Assembly (NCBI GenBank): GCA_043228905.1 | Contig: JBHGNT010000002.1 | Location: 25,606,001-25,670,000 of the forward strand | DNA length: 64,000 nucleotides | From: Azolla caroliniana | Lineage: Eukaryota; Plantae; Polypodiophyta | Reading direction: 5' to 3' | Part shown: in pieces, positions 37,831 through 49,200 of the stretch | Position numbering within the stretch: position 1 is the stretch's first letter | Layout of the letters: each line of letters begins with the position of its first letter | The notes under the pieces: model-generated | Told to the model about the DNA's origin: nothing | The model's input: the letters and a program-made list of their open reading frames with translations, nothing else | Database searches by the model: none | Made by a program: the position numbers and the translations under genes

Positions 37831-38814
37831 AAATGGGAATAATGGAGGAGGAGGAGGAGAGACTACTCGAGGAGGATGAGACCTTTGCACTTACGTCTAT
37901 TGGACAAATTGCTCGCCCATCGGTTCTCACTATCATGTTCTCAGGCCTTGTGTCCACTGCACATAACACACAGCATGCCCATACAACACATTGTTTCTTC
38001 GCACCATGAAATTGATTGCCTTTTTACCACCCCACAACAACGTAGACCTTTTGCTTTTGTGGTTTTCAGTGATGGCCTCCCATAATAACCCTTGACATCG
38101 TGGACAATGGCATCATATATGTATGGACGATCATCCTTGACTATTTGTATAATGTCTAGTTGGCAAGTTCTCTATTAGGGAGAATCAAGAGAGATAATGG
38201 GCAGTCGTCAAGATATGCACACAAAAGCTAGGACAACTAAATAAAAAGTTATACATGTTCGATATATGTTATGTGTAGGGGAAGTGTGACACATCAACAT
38301 GGTTGCATCCCGCGTTGCCATATCTCAACTATGCAAATGAAGTCAACTACATGTGGGACTTACAAATTTTGGTCACTGCCCTTTCATTTCATGTAACATT
38401 GTCATACAAGACCATTCTAGTCATCACTACAAAATTCAACGGTAGCAATCTATGTTGACATTTTGCATGCCCCTATTGTGTTATTCACCACATCTCACTT
38501 ATTAACCCATGACAAAGCAACAATAGCAAACGATATTTTCATTACAACATCCATTGATCGCACTACTTAGTTTCCACGTTCTTCGTAGTTGTAGGAAAGT
38601 TTATTATATGAAATATGCACAATATGTAACTGGATATGTTTTCCTCAATTCTAGGTGCCATTTCCTAACGTGTCCTCAAAAATTATACTGATTATATTTG
38701 TTTTTGTGTTTGAGTTTAGGCTAATCTCGATTGCACAATTATGTCTACCTATAATCATAGCATTTCCAAAAAGTTGAGACATGAATGTACTTGTGAAGAT
38801 ATTGTTTTGAATCT

Positions 38815-39489
38815 CATAGTACGTAAATTTCGTGTTCGTCAGGCTTATCATTCGTTTTCCTACGTTGGAAAACGAACACGAATGATATTAAAAAGTTTGT
38901 GTGTTTTTTTTTCCTTTTTTCCCTCTTCTTCTCTGCACGTAACGTTACGCTCTCCTCTCCTCTCCCACCTAGCCTCCAACGATCTGCACAGTGCACACTG
39001 CTTACCAAGTTTCAACGACTCACGACATTCAGGTATGATTAGAATTTAGGTTTAATAATCGCTATTAGGGTTTAAATTTCCAAAACGAAATTTCAGAATT
39101 TTCTCTGATGAAATTTCAGAAATTTTAGAGATGATCAGACATGAAATTTCAAAAATTTCATGGCTGAGATTTCAGACATGAAATCTCTGAATGAAGATTA
39201 GGAATCTTCGTTTTGATTAACACCTCATTGAGAATTTTTTTGAAGAGTAGGATTTTGGATAGTTGTTATTAGAATTTACGAAAAAATGCATATTATTGTT
39301 AAGAAGGTAATGTGTTTTTTTTTTTGCAATTTTTAAAATTTTTTTTACCTTGAAAAAATATTTATCTTATAGTAAATAGTTTAACCAAAAGTATGGTATT
39401 TATCATTCTTCGAGGGTGTTTACCCTTCTCGAATGATTGAATCATTCTCGAACACGAATGCACGAATGGTACGCATGGTTCATACTATG
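38815..39489. mobile_element. Possible degenerate non-autonomous DNA transposon (MITE-like)
   Basis: Imperfect termini CATAGTACG...CATACTATG, with inverted subterminal TTCGTGTTCG / CGAACACGAA and internal gaaatttcaga repeats. No clean TSD. Confidence 0.4.
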
Positions 39490-41564
39490 GTTTTGATATT
39501 GTTCATATGTCGGTGACCTTAAGTGTGGAGTTCAATGTGTATCCATCTATGAGGTGTCAATGGTCATACAACTTATCATGGGTGATTCAATATGTTTTAT
39601 GCCTTGCATTCAAGGATACTAGTACCCAGCCATCATTATTCATTAGAATTATAACTCTCATAAGAGTTAATTTATTTCCGTGACCTAAATGTATTTTTTT
39701 AGTTGCAACTTCATTGGGTTTCCGAAAAACATAAAATTGCTCAAATGCAAAGAATTATTCAAAGTTTGGATTCTCCTTCGTGCATGCATATACATGCACA
39801 ACTTTTGTCATCTAGGGACAAAGCTTATCATGTAAAGAAATTAATCTTGTGGAAAAGTGAATCAAGAGCTTTCCTCCCATTGACGAATGACCATGTAACC
39901 ATTAAAGTTTGACCAGTACAAAAAATTCAAGGAGCCGACTTTCTACTTTTTGACATTACATTCTAAGATTTGTCATTAGAAAAACACACTTGTTTAAGAA
40001 GTATTTGATTGCAAAATGCTAAACAAATCAAAATTGTAGTGATATGCACGTCGAGACATACAGATTTGAGCCTCAACACCTTTTTATATGCACTGGATTG
40101 TGAAGACCTATTTATATATTTTGAATGTTTTTCTTTGGTCGTCGATCCAACTTCTCAATATATATGGTTTCTAGGTTAGCATGCATACTTTTAGAAGGGA
40201 AGCCAATTTGAAATGCACTACATGTCTCTAGCTTGAAAACAAACTAATACGAAAGTCATGTTTACATTCCAAAAACTTTCAAGTTAAGCACGTGGAAGTT
40301 TTATGTGTAGAGTAATTTGACTATAAAAAACAAGTCATGTACTTGAAAGATAATGACAAAACATTGAGCTTAAGTAGTCACGGATCAATTTATTCAATAA
40401 ATTATAGAACCTTATTACTTTCATACAATATAGGTGGTTCAATTGCATTATTGATCTCTATTATATGGAAGTATTGACTTTAAAGTTTAAAGTGTTCACG
40501 TTTATTAGAACCCATGTGAGCAACATACTTTTATAATGTTATGAGTCATATAATATGCATAATATCCCACGTCAAGGAATATGGCACTTGATCACAAAAC
40601 ACCATCAATCATATACACGCACTTTGTTTGAATAATGTTAATAATGAATATCGACTTTGCATTTACAAGCAAAAGCATTTGTGTCACCGAAAGGACTTGA
40701 TTTGTGGTGTTCCCCCTAGGGCCTAAGAGTAAATCATATTATCACGCATTAAAACTTCAATAGTAATGTTGTATTGTAGATGGGAATTTGGAAGTGAAAC
40801 GTTAATAGAACAATCTAGATTTCTAGGACATGGCAATAATTATTAAATACCTATGTCACACACTGAATGTTTTGTAGAAGTTGATTCCTCACTCATTTTG
40901 TGTTCGAATATAATTATGGTAAGGTTGGTACCTATGTCTATCATTAGGCTTAGATGCATGAATATACTTGTCTTCTAAATAAACTTGATGTTTAATGATT
41001 CAATTATTAATAGTTTGTCTCAGATACATATCTTTTGAGTTCTCAATTATTTGTTACATGTTCAAGTACATATGGTTAATCGATCTAACTAAACATAACC
41101 TTATGATAGTTGTGAATATGGTTAAATTAAACCTTGTGGTGCCCAAGCACCAACTAACCTATTAAGTACAATCAATGAAAAGGGAGATGTTTTTAATGCT
41201 CTACACGACATAGTCAATGGGGCTAATAAACTAATATGAATTTTCTAATATATTTATTTAGCTAGCCATTGAATTGTGACGTGATATCAAGCATATGCAT
41301 AATTGTGTTTATGATACATTTCAACAACCAAAAATGGATTAATGCCACAATTCCCTAAACGTTGCAACCCTCATACTTATGCCATATATGAGCACGAAGA
41401 TGTTCATGATACATAGTGTTAAACAAGTTGATAATGTAATTAAAGAATCCTTCTAAACGAGAGAGACTTGAGTATAAGCATGAAGTAGTGAAGATAGAAA
41501 GGGTTGTATTATCATCTTGTTTTAATAACAAACATTGATTTACGAAAATAATAGAGAGTATAAG

Positions 41565-42896
41565 TAGGAATCGACAATGGTTCAGTTTAGGCTTAAACAG
41601 TTTGGTTGTATCCAAGCCAAACCGATTAAGCCTAAACCGTTTTGGGGTTCTCAAACCTAAACTAAACCAAACCAAACCGATCCCTAAACCGGTTTAGGAT
41701 CCGGTTTCTGAAGCAGTTTGTTAACCAGTTTGGGACAAAAAAGTTGAAGATACCCAAAAAACACACCTACCACTACCACTTCCACTTACCCTTCTTCTCC
41801 TCCTCTTAACTCCCACCCCCTCGGCCTTACCATTGATGAGTCTAACTCAAATCCAAGTCCCACTTTCATGTCTCCCTCTTTGTAGACTACTATGATTTGT
41901 CAACTGACATCCATGAATCCCTTGTCTCCCACCACCTGACCCACAAGGCCCGAGGCTATGGCCACCTATCACTCTTGGAATGTTGGATGTAATCTACAAA
42001 AGAATCATAAAAGTAAGATTCTCTCATCTGATTGGGTTGTTGACATAAGGAAATGGTTTAGAAGATGGGGTTTAGATGTCAATCTTTTAGAGCTTTCGGG
42101 CAATGCTATGCAATATGTAATGATCAAGGAAAGGTTGGTGGAATCATCAAGGATGAAGTGGGAAGATACTAAGAGGACAAAGCTATAATAATACATTGCA
42201 AATGTCAACCTTGAATGTTGATCTCAATATAAAGCAAGAAGGCCTATTGATCGTATCCAACTGTATCTCATTACCAATATGAGTAGTAATGCTCGTAGAG
42301 CCCTTACACTACTTCACACTCGATCTCACAAGTTAGGTATTGAAGTTGCATCATGGTATGAAAATGTAACTTATTTGAAGACATGCAAAGTATGCAATGA
42401 AGACATGGTAGAGGGTGAATGTCACTTGCTCTTCACATGCTCGACATATAGTGCAATTCGTTCAAGATATGTTGACATACTAAGAGGGAGTGATAACTTA
42501 AATGTCATACTTAAGACACCACCAAGAAGGTTGAGCTCATATGTGTATGCTTTATTCAGGAATAGAGACTTTGTGCTTCAATGTATGAATACCCCTTCGT
42601 AGGAAGGAGACATCTATAAAGAACACATGTATACTCTGGTCCCATAGGTCAAAATGGAAGTATGTTGCCTGTGGCTTCCTGTCATTCTCTTTATCAACTT
42701 TCAAGTTCTAAGTTCTAAGTTCTAACTGTCTAATTTCTAACTTTCTAAACCCCAATTCTTAAATAAGATAAACAACTTAACCGGTTTGAGCCGGTTTGGC
42801 AAGGCTCAAGCCAAACCAAGCTGCTAAGCTACTAAATCGTTTTAAACCATTTTAGCTAAACGGTTTAGGCTTGAGCCAAGTTGTTGCCGATCTCTA
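41565..42896. mobile_element. Non-autonomous hAT-superfamily element with an 8-bp TSD, carrying a nested LINE fragment
   Basis: TSD AGTATAAG at 41557-41564 and 42897-42904. TIRs are TAGGAATCGACAAT... and ...GTTGCCGATCTCTA (reverse complement TAGAGATCGGCAAC). Both ends carry subterminal AAACCG/CGGTTT arrays typical of hAT elements. Confidence 0.85.
41958..42750 (+). mobile_element. 3' fragment of an RTE/RTEX-like LINE with a (TTCTAAG)-type tandem tail, nested in the hAT element
   Basis: Degenerate ORF2 C-terminus WVVDIRKWFRRWG...RSHKLGIEVASW...CKVCNEDMVEGECHLLFTC, with a stop at 42602. Tail ttctaagttctaagttctaactgtctaatttctaactttctaa at ~42706-42748. Confidence 0.8.
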
Positions 42897-43574
42897 AGTA
42901 TAAGTAAAATTGCATGGCATACAAAATGTGATATGAATATGTCAATGAACGTGGGTGATACATTTAAATAGGCAAAATGGTCATTAACACATTGGATCCC
43001 CTAGTTCCCTTTCATAGAGGGTGTTCAAAATTGTTCATTATGCACCCATCATAAAGCTTTACTTCATTGGCCTTTTCTACAACATTGATATTGGCGTTGG
43101 TACCGAAGGAACAAGGCTAAATAGAAAAAGGGAGCAAGAGACGAGGAAAGAGACAAAGATCTTGTAATCACTTTAGAGTAAAAGACCTAAAGAATGTAAA
43201 TGATTTGTAAAGGTTACTTTTGGTGCTCTTTTCAGCCATTGGGTCACATTTATAACTTTTTAGAATTATGACTTTCCCCTTGGTCTCTCTCTCTCTCATC
43301 GTTTTGCCTTAATCATTGACCAATAGAATTTGAAATGTAAGCTCAAATCTTTGCAGTAGATGTGGTTGGCATCTACTTATCCATAAATTATAGTGTGTTT
43401 CGATATTTATATTATTCGTTAATTATGTGATTAATTAAGATTTTAAAGTGCAAATTAAAGTCTTCACATTATCACAATACAATGCATACGTAAGGTTTGT
43501 CACAATGACTAGTCACTGCCCCCATCTCACCAAAAATGTGTATGCAACGAATTGAGAAGGAAATACAGGCTAAT

Positions 43575-44720
43575 ATAGTTAAGTAGGGTGACTATTTTAT
43601 TTGATAGACTTTGTTTTTGGTCTAAAAGAAGAATAAAGTAGGTTTACATGGGAAACATATATAAGTTTTTGTAAGTCAAAAACATTATCACATTCAAATT
43701 GACATTCAAATGGACCGATTAAGAAAGTTGGTGTATGGACTAGATATTTTGTTGATCTCACAAATAATAAGGTCCATGCTCTCCCAAAACCCTCCCCTTT
43801 TAGCAACAAATCAACGTGGACATATTCATCATTATAATTTATAACCAAGTAGGAAATATCCATGTAACTATGAATATGCATCTGGAAATTGCCCTACCCT
43901 TAAAACAATAAACTTGGACTTGGCAAGAGCTCATGGAAGCATTGGGATTATACGTATGTGTTACAACTTTGCTCATGGAAGCATTGGGATTATACGTATG
44001 TGTTACAACTTACCATAGACACCCAAAAAATAGACTTATGCCTGTCCCATGAAGAAAACAAATAATTAAGGTTTGCTAAAGTGGACACATGTCCCCACAA
44101 ACAATAATGTGTATGGTCTCACAAGACCCCTTCAAAATCGAACCAACAAGGAAGTGTCCATCATTATACTTAAGTAGGATGACTATTTTACTTGACAAAT
44201 AGTTTTAATGGCCAAAATATAGAATATGTTAGCTACTACTAGGTTCATATTTCAAACATATTCAAATGTAAATCGTAACAATCCTAATATAGATATGCAT
44301 ATATATGCTTATGGAAATTGCCCTCCCCATGAACAATAAGAAAGGTGGTAGGAACACGTGCAAGCATTGGGACTATACATTAAAGATGCTACTTTATATA
44401 GCCCAAAAAATAGTGTTTCTCATTGTCCAACGAAGAAAGTTAAAGTTGATCAATAAGGTTCATTGAAGTGAATTAGTCACTTTGTCTATCTATCAAATAT
44501 TAAGGTGTATGCACTCCGTAACCCTGTTAGAAATGAACCAACCAATATCCATCATTATTGCTAAGTAGGACGACTACTTTACTTGACAAATTGGGTGTTT
44601 CGTGAAACTATAGAACAAGGTACATTCATATGTCAAACATATATAAGCCTAAACGTCAACAATCCTACCATAGTTATGCATATGAAAATTGTCCCAACCT
44701 TAGACTACCAACAAGGAGTA
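43575..44720. repeat. Three degenerate tandem units (~400-590 bp) plus a perfect 42-bp duplication
   Basis: taagtagg(g/a)(t/c)gacta..tt(t)a(c/t)ttga occurs at ~43580, 44171 and 44562. gctcatggaagcattgggattatacgtatgtgttacaactt occurs at 43929 and 43971. Confidence 0.7.
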
Positions 44721-46255
44721 CATGCAAACATCTGTATTTTACATTGAAAATGTATGTTACAGTGCTGTTGTAATCTTATTAAGAAAGTTGTAAATAACCA
44801 ACGCTCACTTAGTAACCAAAAGCTTGTTACAAAATTAACTAATGTTGAACCAAGCTCATAGACAAGCATTTCAAATTAGTCCAGCAAAATACGAATCAAC
44901 TTTGCTCCTGATATTCAAAATTTACCATTGGAAAACAATAATTGCATTAATTAAGGCAATGCTTAAGAAAAACTGTACAAGTAAAGAAAGTCATAATGAT
45001 AAAGCTCAAATAAGAAAAACGAACAATAAAAGTTTACTTTGTCTGGCATAAAATTTCATATTATCTTGTCTGGCTTGTTGTTCTACTCAATGTTATGCAT
45101 AATTGTACAAAAATTCTTCCACTCTTATCACTGTTTGAATGTTACTTTTACCTTCAAATCAGACAACATATAATTGCTTGGGCTGGGGTCAAAATATTCG
45201 TAATTTTCCTTTGTATCAAGTAATAATCACCACATCCTTTATTCATAAGATATTGGAAAAAGATGAAAGCTTCTCGTATCAATTAAAAAAAAAAGATTTA
45301 AGGCAGTGTTCGCATTGACTGGGGAGTGTTGGCATTTGGGTAAACAAAAAAACATCAGGTAATTCAACCTTTGACGTTATCAAATAACGAAACATCAGAT
45401 AATTCAATGGTCAACCTTCACAGTTAGATAACAGATAGAAACACTGACTCACATATTTGCAATTTAATTTAACAGTAACAAACCAAACAATTGTGTCACA
45501 ATATATGCAGTTAACAGGGTGCTTTTGAAAACCAGACACCCTCTAGATCATTGTCTTTGGTTTTATCTAGAATTAATGATCAAATTAAATTGCATGGGGT
45601 CATACATTCATGAATCCACTTGCCAAGGTTCCCCAATAGATGCCTAAATGATTGCATGGATTTTGATGTGATCTTCCACACAAGGCTGATTTATGCTGAT
45701 TATGGAACTTGAGCATGTTAGAATAGTAATATTCATTTGGAGATACACTTGCACTTAGAAAGCTCAATGATCAGAACATGTTTTATGGAGAATAAACTCC
45801 TGTTTGTTGAGGATCATTTTATAACCACCTGCTTTGTAGAAATGGAAACTCATTATTCCACTCAAAAGAATTATAGCAATATTTCAACGAGCACGTAACC
45901 GCTTCCAATACAGAGCACTAGAAGACTTGCCAGGAATGATAAGTCGCCCTCCTAAAAAAGAGGGAATATTTCACCAACTGCCATAGAAGTTTTCCTTTTT
46001 TCCCCCAAAGCTCCCCTGTTCAATACACGAGACAGAGACAGAGAGAGTGAACGAATTAACCATAATCATCTAAAATAGCATACATAATTGCTCAAGTAAT
46101 TCAGGTAATAAAAAATAAAAAACATCCGGTAATTCAAGGTTTCCCCTCAAGCGAAAAATATTTCACATAATTGTTTTCAAAAAAAGTGGAAAACATACCT
46201 GGATGTATTAGATACTGATGCCTACACTGTATATATCCCCTAGAGTTAAATGACA

Positions 46256-49200
46256 TCACTCGATATATGGAGTCAGCTGAGCAAGGCGGATGTCACGCAA
46301 CAACATCCGAGTGTAAAATGAGGTTTCTTCTGGGTTTGCAACCCACCTGAACCAACAGTTAATATGTGAATGAAGAACCAAAGAAAGATAATACAAAACC
46401 AGATAATGATGAAATATTAATCCAAACATAATGGAGATATGCATGCTAATAATCTTGAAAGAAGAACAAAAAAACAATCTTGAAAGAAGAACCGAATAAA
46501 TTTCTTCTGTTTGAGCCAGACAACAAGGGAAGAAGACACTTGCTCTCATAATATTCGAATACAGCCATGGTTCACTCAACTAAGGTTGCATTTATAACTA
46601 GGCTTATTGACCAAATGACTGATTTCACATACTCCTTGAGCTTCCACTCATTGACCACATTCAAGAGGTCTATGATGCTTGTTTACACCAACACTCCCCA
46701 TGGTTCACTCAACTATGGTTGCATTTATAACTAGGCTTATTGACCAAATGACTGATTTCACATACTCCTTGAGCTTCCACTCATTGACCACATTCAAGAG
46801 GTCTATGATGCTTGTTTACACCAACACTCCCCACTCAAACACTTATACGTATTGTCAGTCTCCCAAACCCCCGCTTCTATCTTCTAGGTCCACAAACTTC
46901 CACATCATCTCTACATCGATGCTCCATGATACAATGGGAGAACCAAACAAATTTCAACTATAGACAATACTCTAGATCCACCATCTCATCTGCAATGGGT
47001 TCTCATGCAAGCTTGTATCGGAACTTGATATGCTTGATTCACCCAATGAACTCTCGCTGTCGCATGCTATCCAGGTCAACTGAATCAGAATTCAAATTTC
47101 TGATAGGAGCTTTCGCCATTCCTTGATGTCTTGCATAGCTACCCATCTTCTACTCTGCTTTCACTTTTGTTGATGACAACAAACATGACCCAATCATAAA
47201 ATAATCTGAAACTTAGAGAAATAAAATATTAGGAAGCAAGCTTTCTGTTCTCTGGATCACCAACCCAATTACAATTAAAATACCCATTGAACTTAGTTCA
47301 CAGTCCAAGCTTGATGCCAAATTATGTTGTACCTTTCAATAACAGCATGCCAATAACAGTTTTCCAGGTCCACTAAACTTTGCCTGCATTGCCACTGGGT
47401 GGGCTACGTCTGATCTTTTAATACAGGAGACTCCCAACCAGAATTACATTTGGTAGTTTCCATTCTTCATCTGCTTCAGATTGACCTCCTTCAACATGAA
47501 ATGTTGCACGAAATGGATTTTCGCCCTCAAAGGAAACAACGAAACAGAAATGACAGTTTGATGTAATACAAAATAATGTTTTAAACCCTTTTTTTTACTG
47601 CTTTTTTTTCTTAATTTCTCTCCCTTTTTGCTTATTGCTCCAGACTCATTTATCTACACATACCATCTATTCTTATCAACATTCATCCTATATATAGTTG
47701 TTACACATTTCATGCTCGTAAAAAGCATCTCAAAAATCATTATTGATTGTAATGCCACCTCATGCATTGAGATCAGTATCAAATATCTTTAGAAAATGTG
47801 GCGCTTTTAACACTGTCTGAGTATGTTTGCATCTGTAATCAGGATTGATCTCATAAGTTGTTTTTGGTGACTTGGAGATAGAATAGAATTCACAATTATA
47901 TATTCCTTTTCCCACTTGACTTGTCTCCAACCTTATCCCAATATAAAGCAAGAATGCGAACTGATCGTATCCAACCTTATCTCATTACAAAATGCTCGTA
48001 GAGCCCTTACACTACTTCGCACTCAATCTCACAAGTGAGGTATTGAAGTCGCATCATGGTATGAAAATGTAACGAATTTGAAGACATGTAAAGTATGCAA
48101 TGAAGGCATGGTAGAGGATGAATGCCACTTGCTCTTCACATGCTCGACATATAGTGCAATTCGTTCAAGATATGCTGACATACTAAGCGGGAGTGATAAC
48201 TTAAGTGCCATACTTAAGACACCACCTAGAAGGTTGAGCTCATATGTGTATGCTTTATTCAGGCATAGAGACTTTGTGCTTCAATGTATGAATACCCCTT
48301 TGTAGGAAAGAGACCGATATCAAGAACACATGTATACTCTGGTTCCATAAGTCAAAACTGGTCTCTTTATGGATGATAAAAACTCTAATTCTAAGTCTAA
48401 TTCCCTGATAACTTTGGTTGGAGTTTCAACATTTGCGTTTTCTACTTCTCTTGCATTTGATATTAATACAATGCTAGGGCTTTCTCATTTTTTATCTTTT
48501 TCGAGCTTGAACATTTTGAGATGAACCTTGCATTCTTCACCAAACCAAGCATTGCATGGGAAACTAAGCATCCGATGTCCACATACACCTGCACTTAGAT
48601 ATTGATACCCTACATTGAGAATGACATCCTTCAATTGGTCCTAATTTGTTTTCACATCTTTACTAAGGGAGAGGCTCATGACATAACCCTCAACCTCATT
48701 TGTATATAGATTAGCCTTCCATAGGGAGGTCGCATGATGTACGCCTTTTCCTTTTGTACTCTAAAAAGTGGTGGGGCTAAAGAAAGTTGTGATACTTCTT
48801 TGTTGATAAACTATTGTGGTTTTTTTGTTGTCCTTGAACAATATCTCTCTGTGTCTCTTGAGTTCTAGCAAGAAATATCCCAAGCATCATTGGCCTTCAA
48901 ATTCCATTCCCTTGCACAGTGGGCCAAAGCCTTGTTTGAGGCGGAAATGATATCTCCCTTTTATTTCAACAAAAAACAGCAAAAAGCAAACAGTGTTACT
49001 CTGGTCCACACTTCATTGCACAATTGACAAATCTGTTTTTCTATGAATTTGCATGCATATAAGAGGGCCTGATAATAAATCTATCCTACATGTGTAAAAG
49101 AGGGGGTTATCGTGGTCATCTTCCTATCAAGAGTCATGGGGCTGATCCATGTTCAGATCAGTTTACTCTACTCTACTCTTCCCCACCTAGTCATGTTCTG

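Noticed and set aside
37249-38009. Multiple overlapping MYVC/HTYI/poly-I ORFs
   Set aside because: They are translations of (TATG)n and (GAT)n microsatellites. The same applies to 12370-12611 and 55717-56291.
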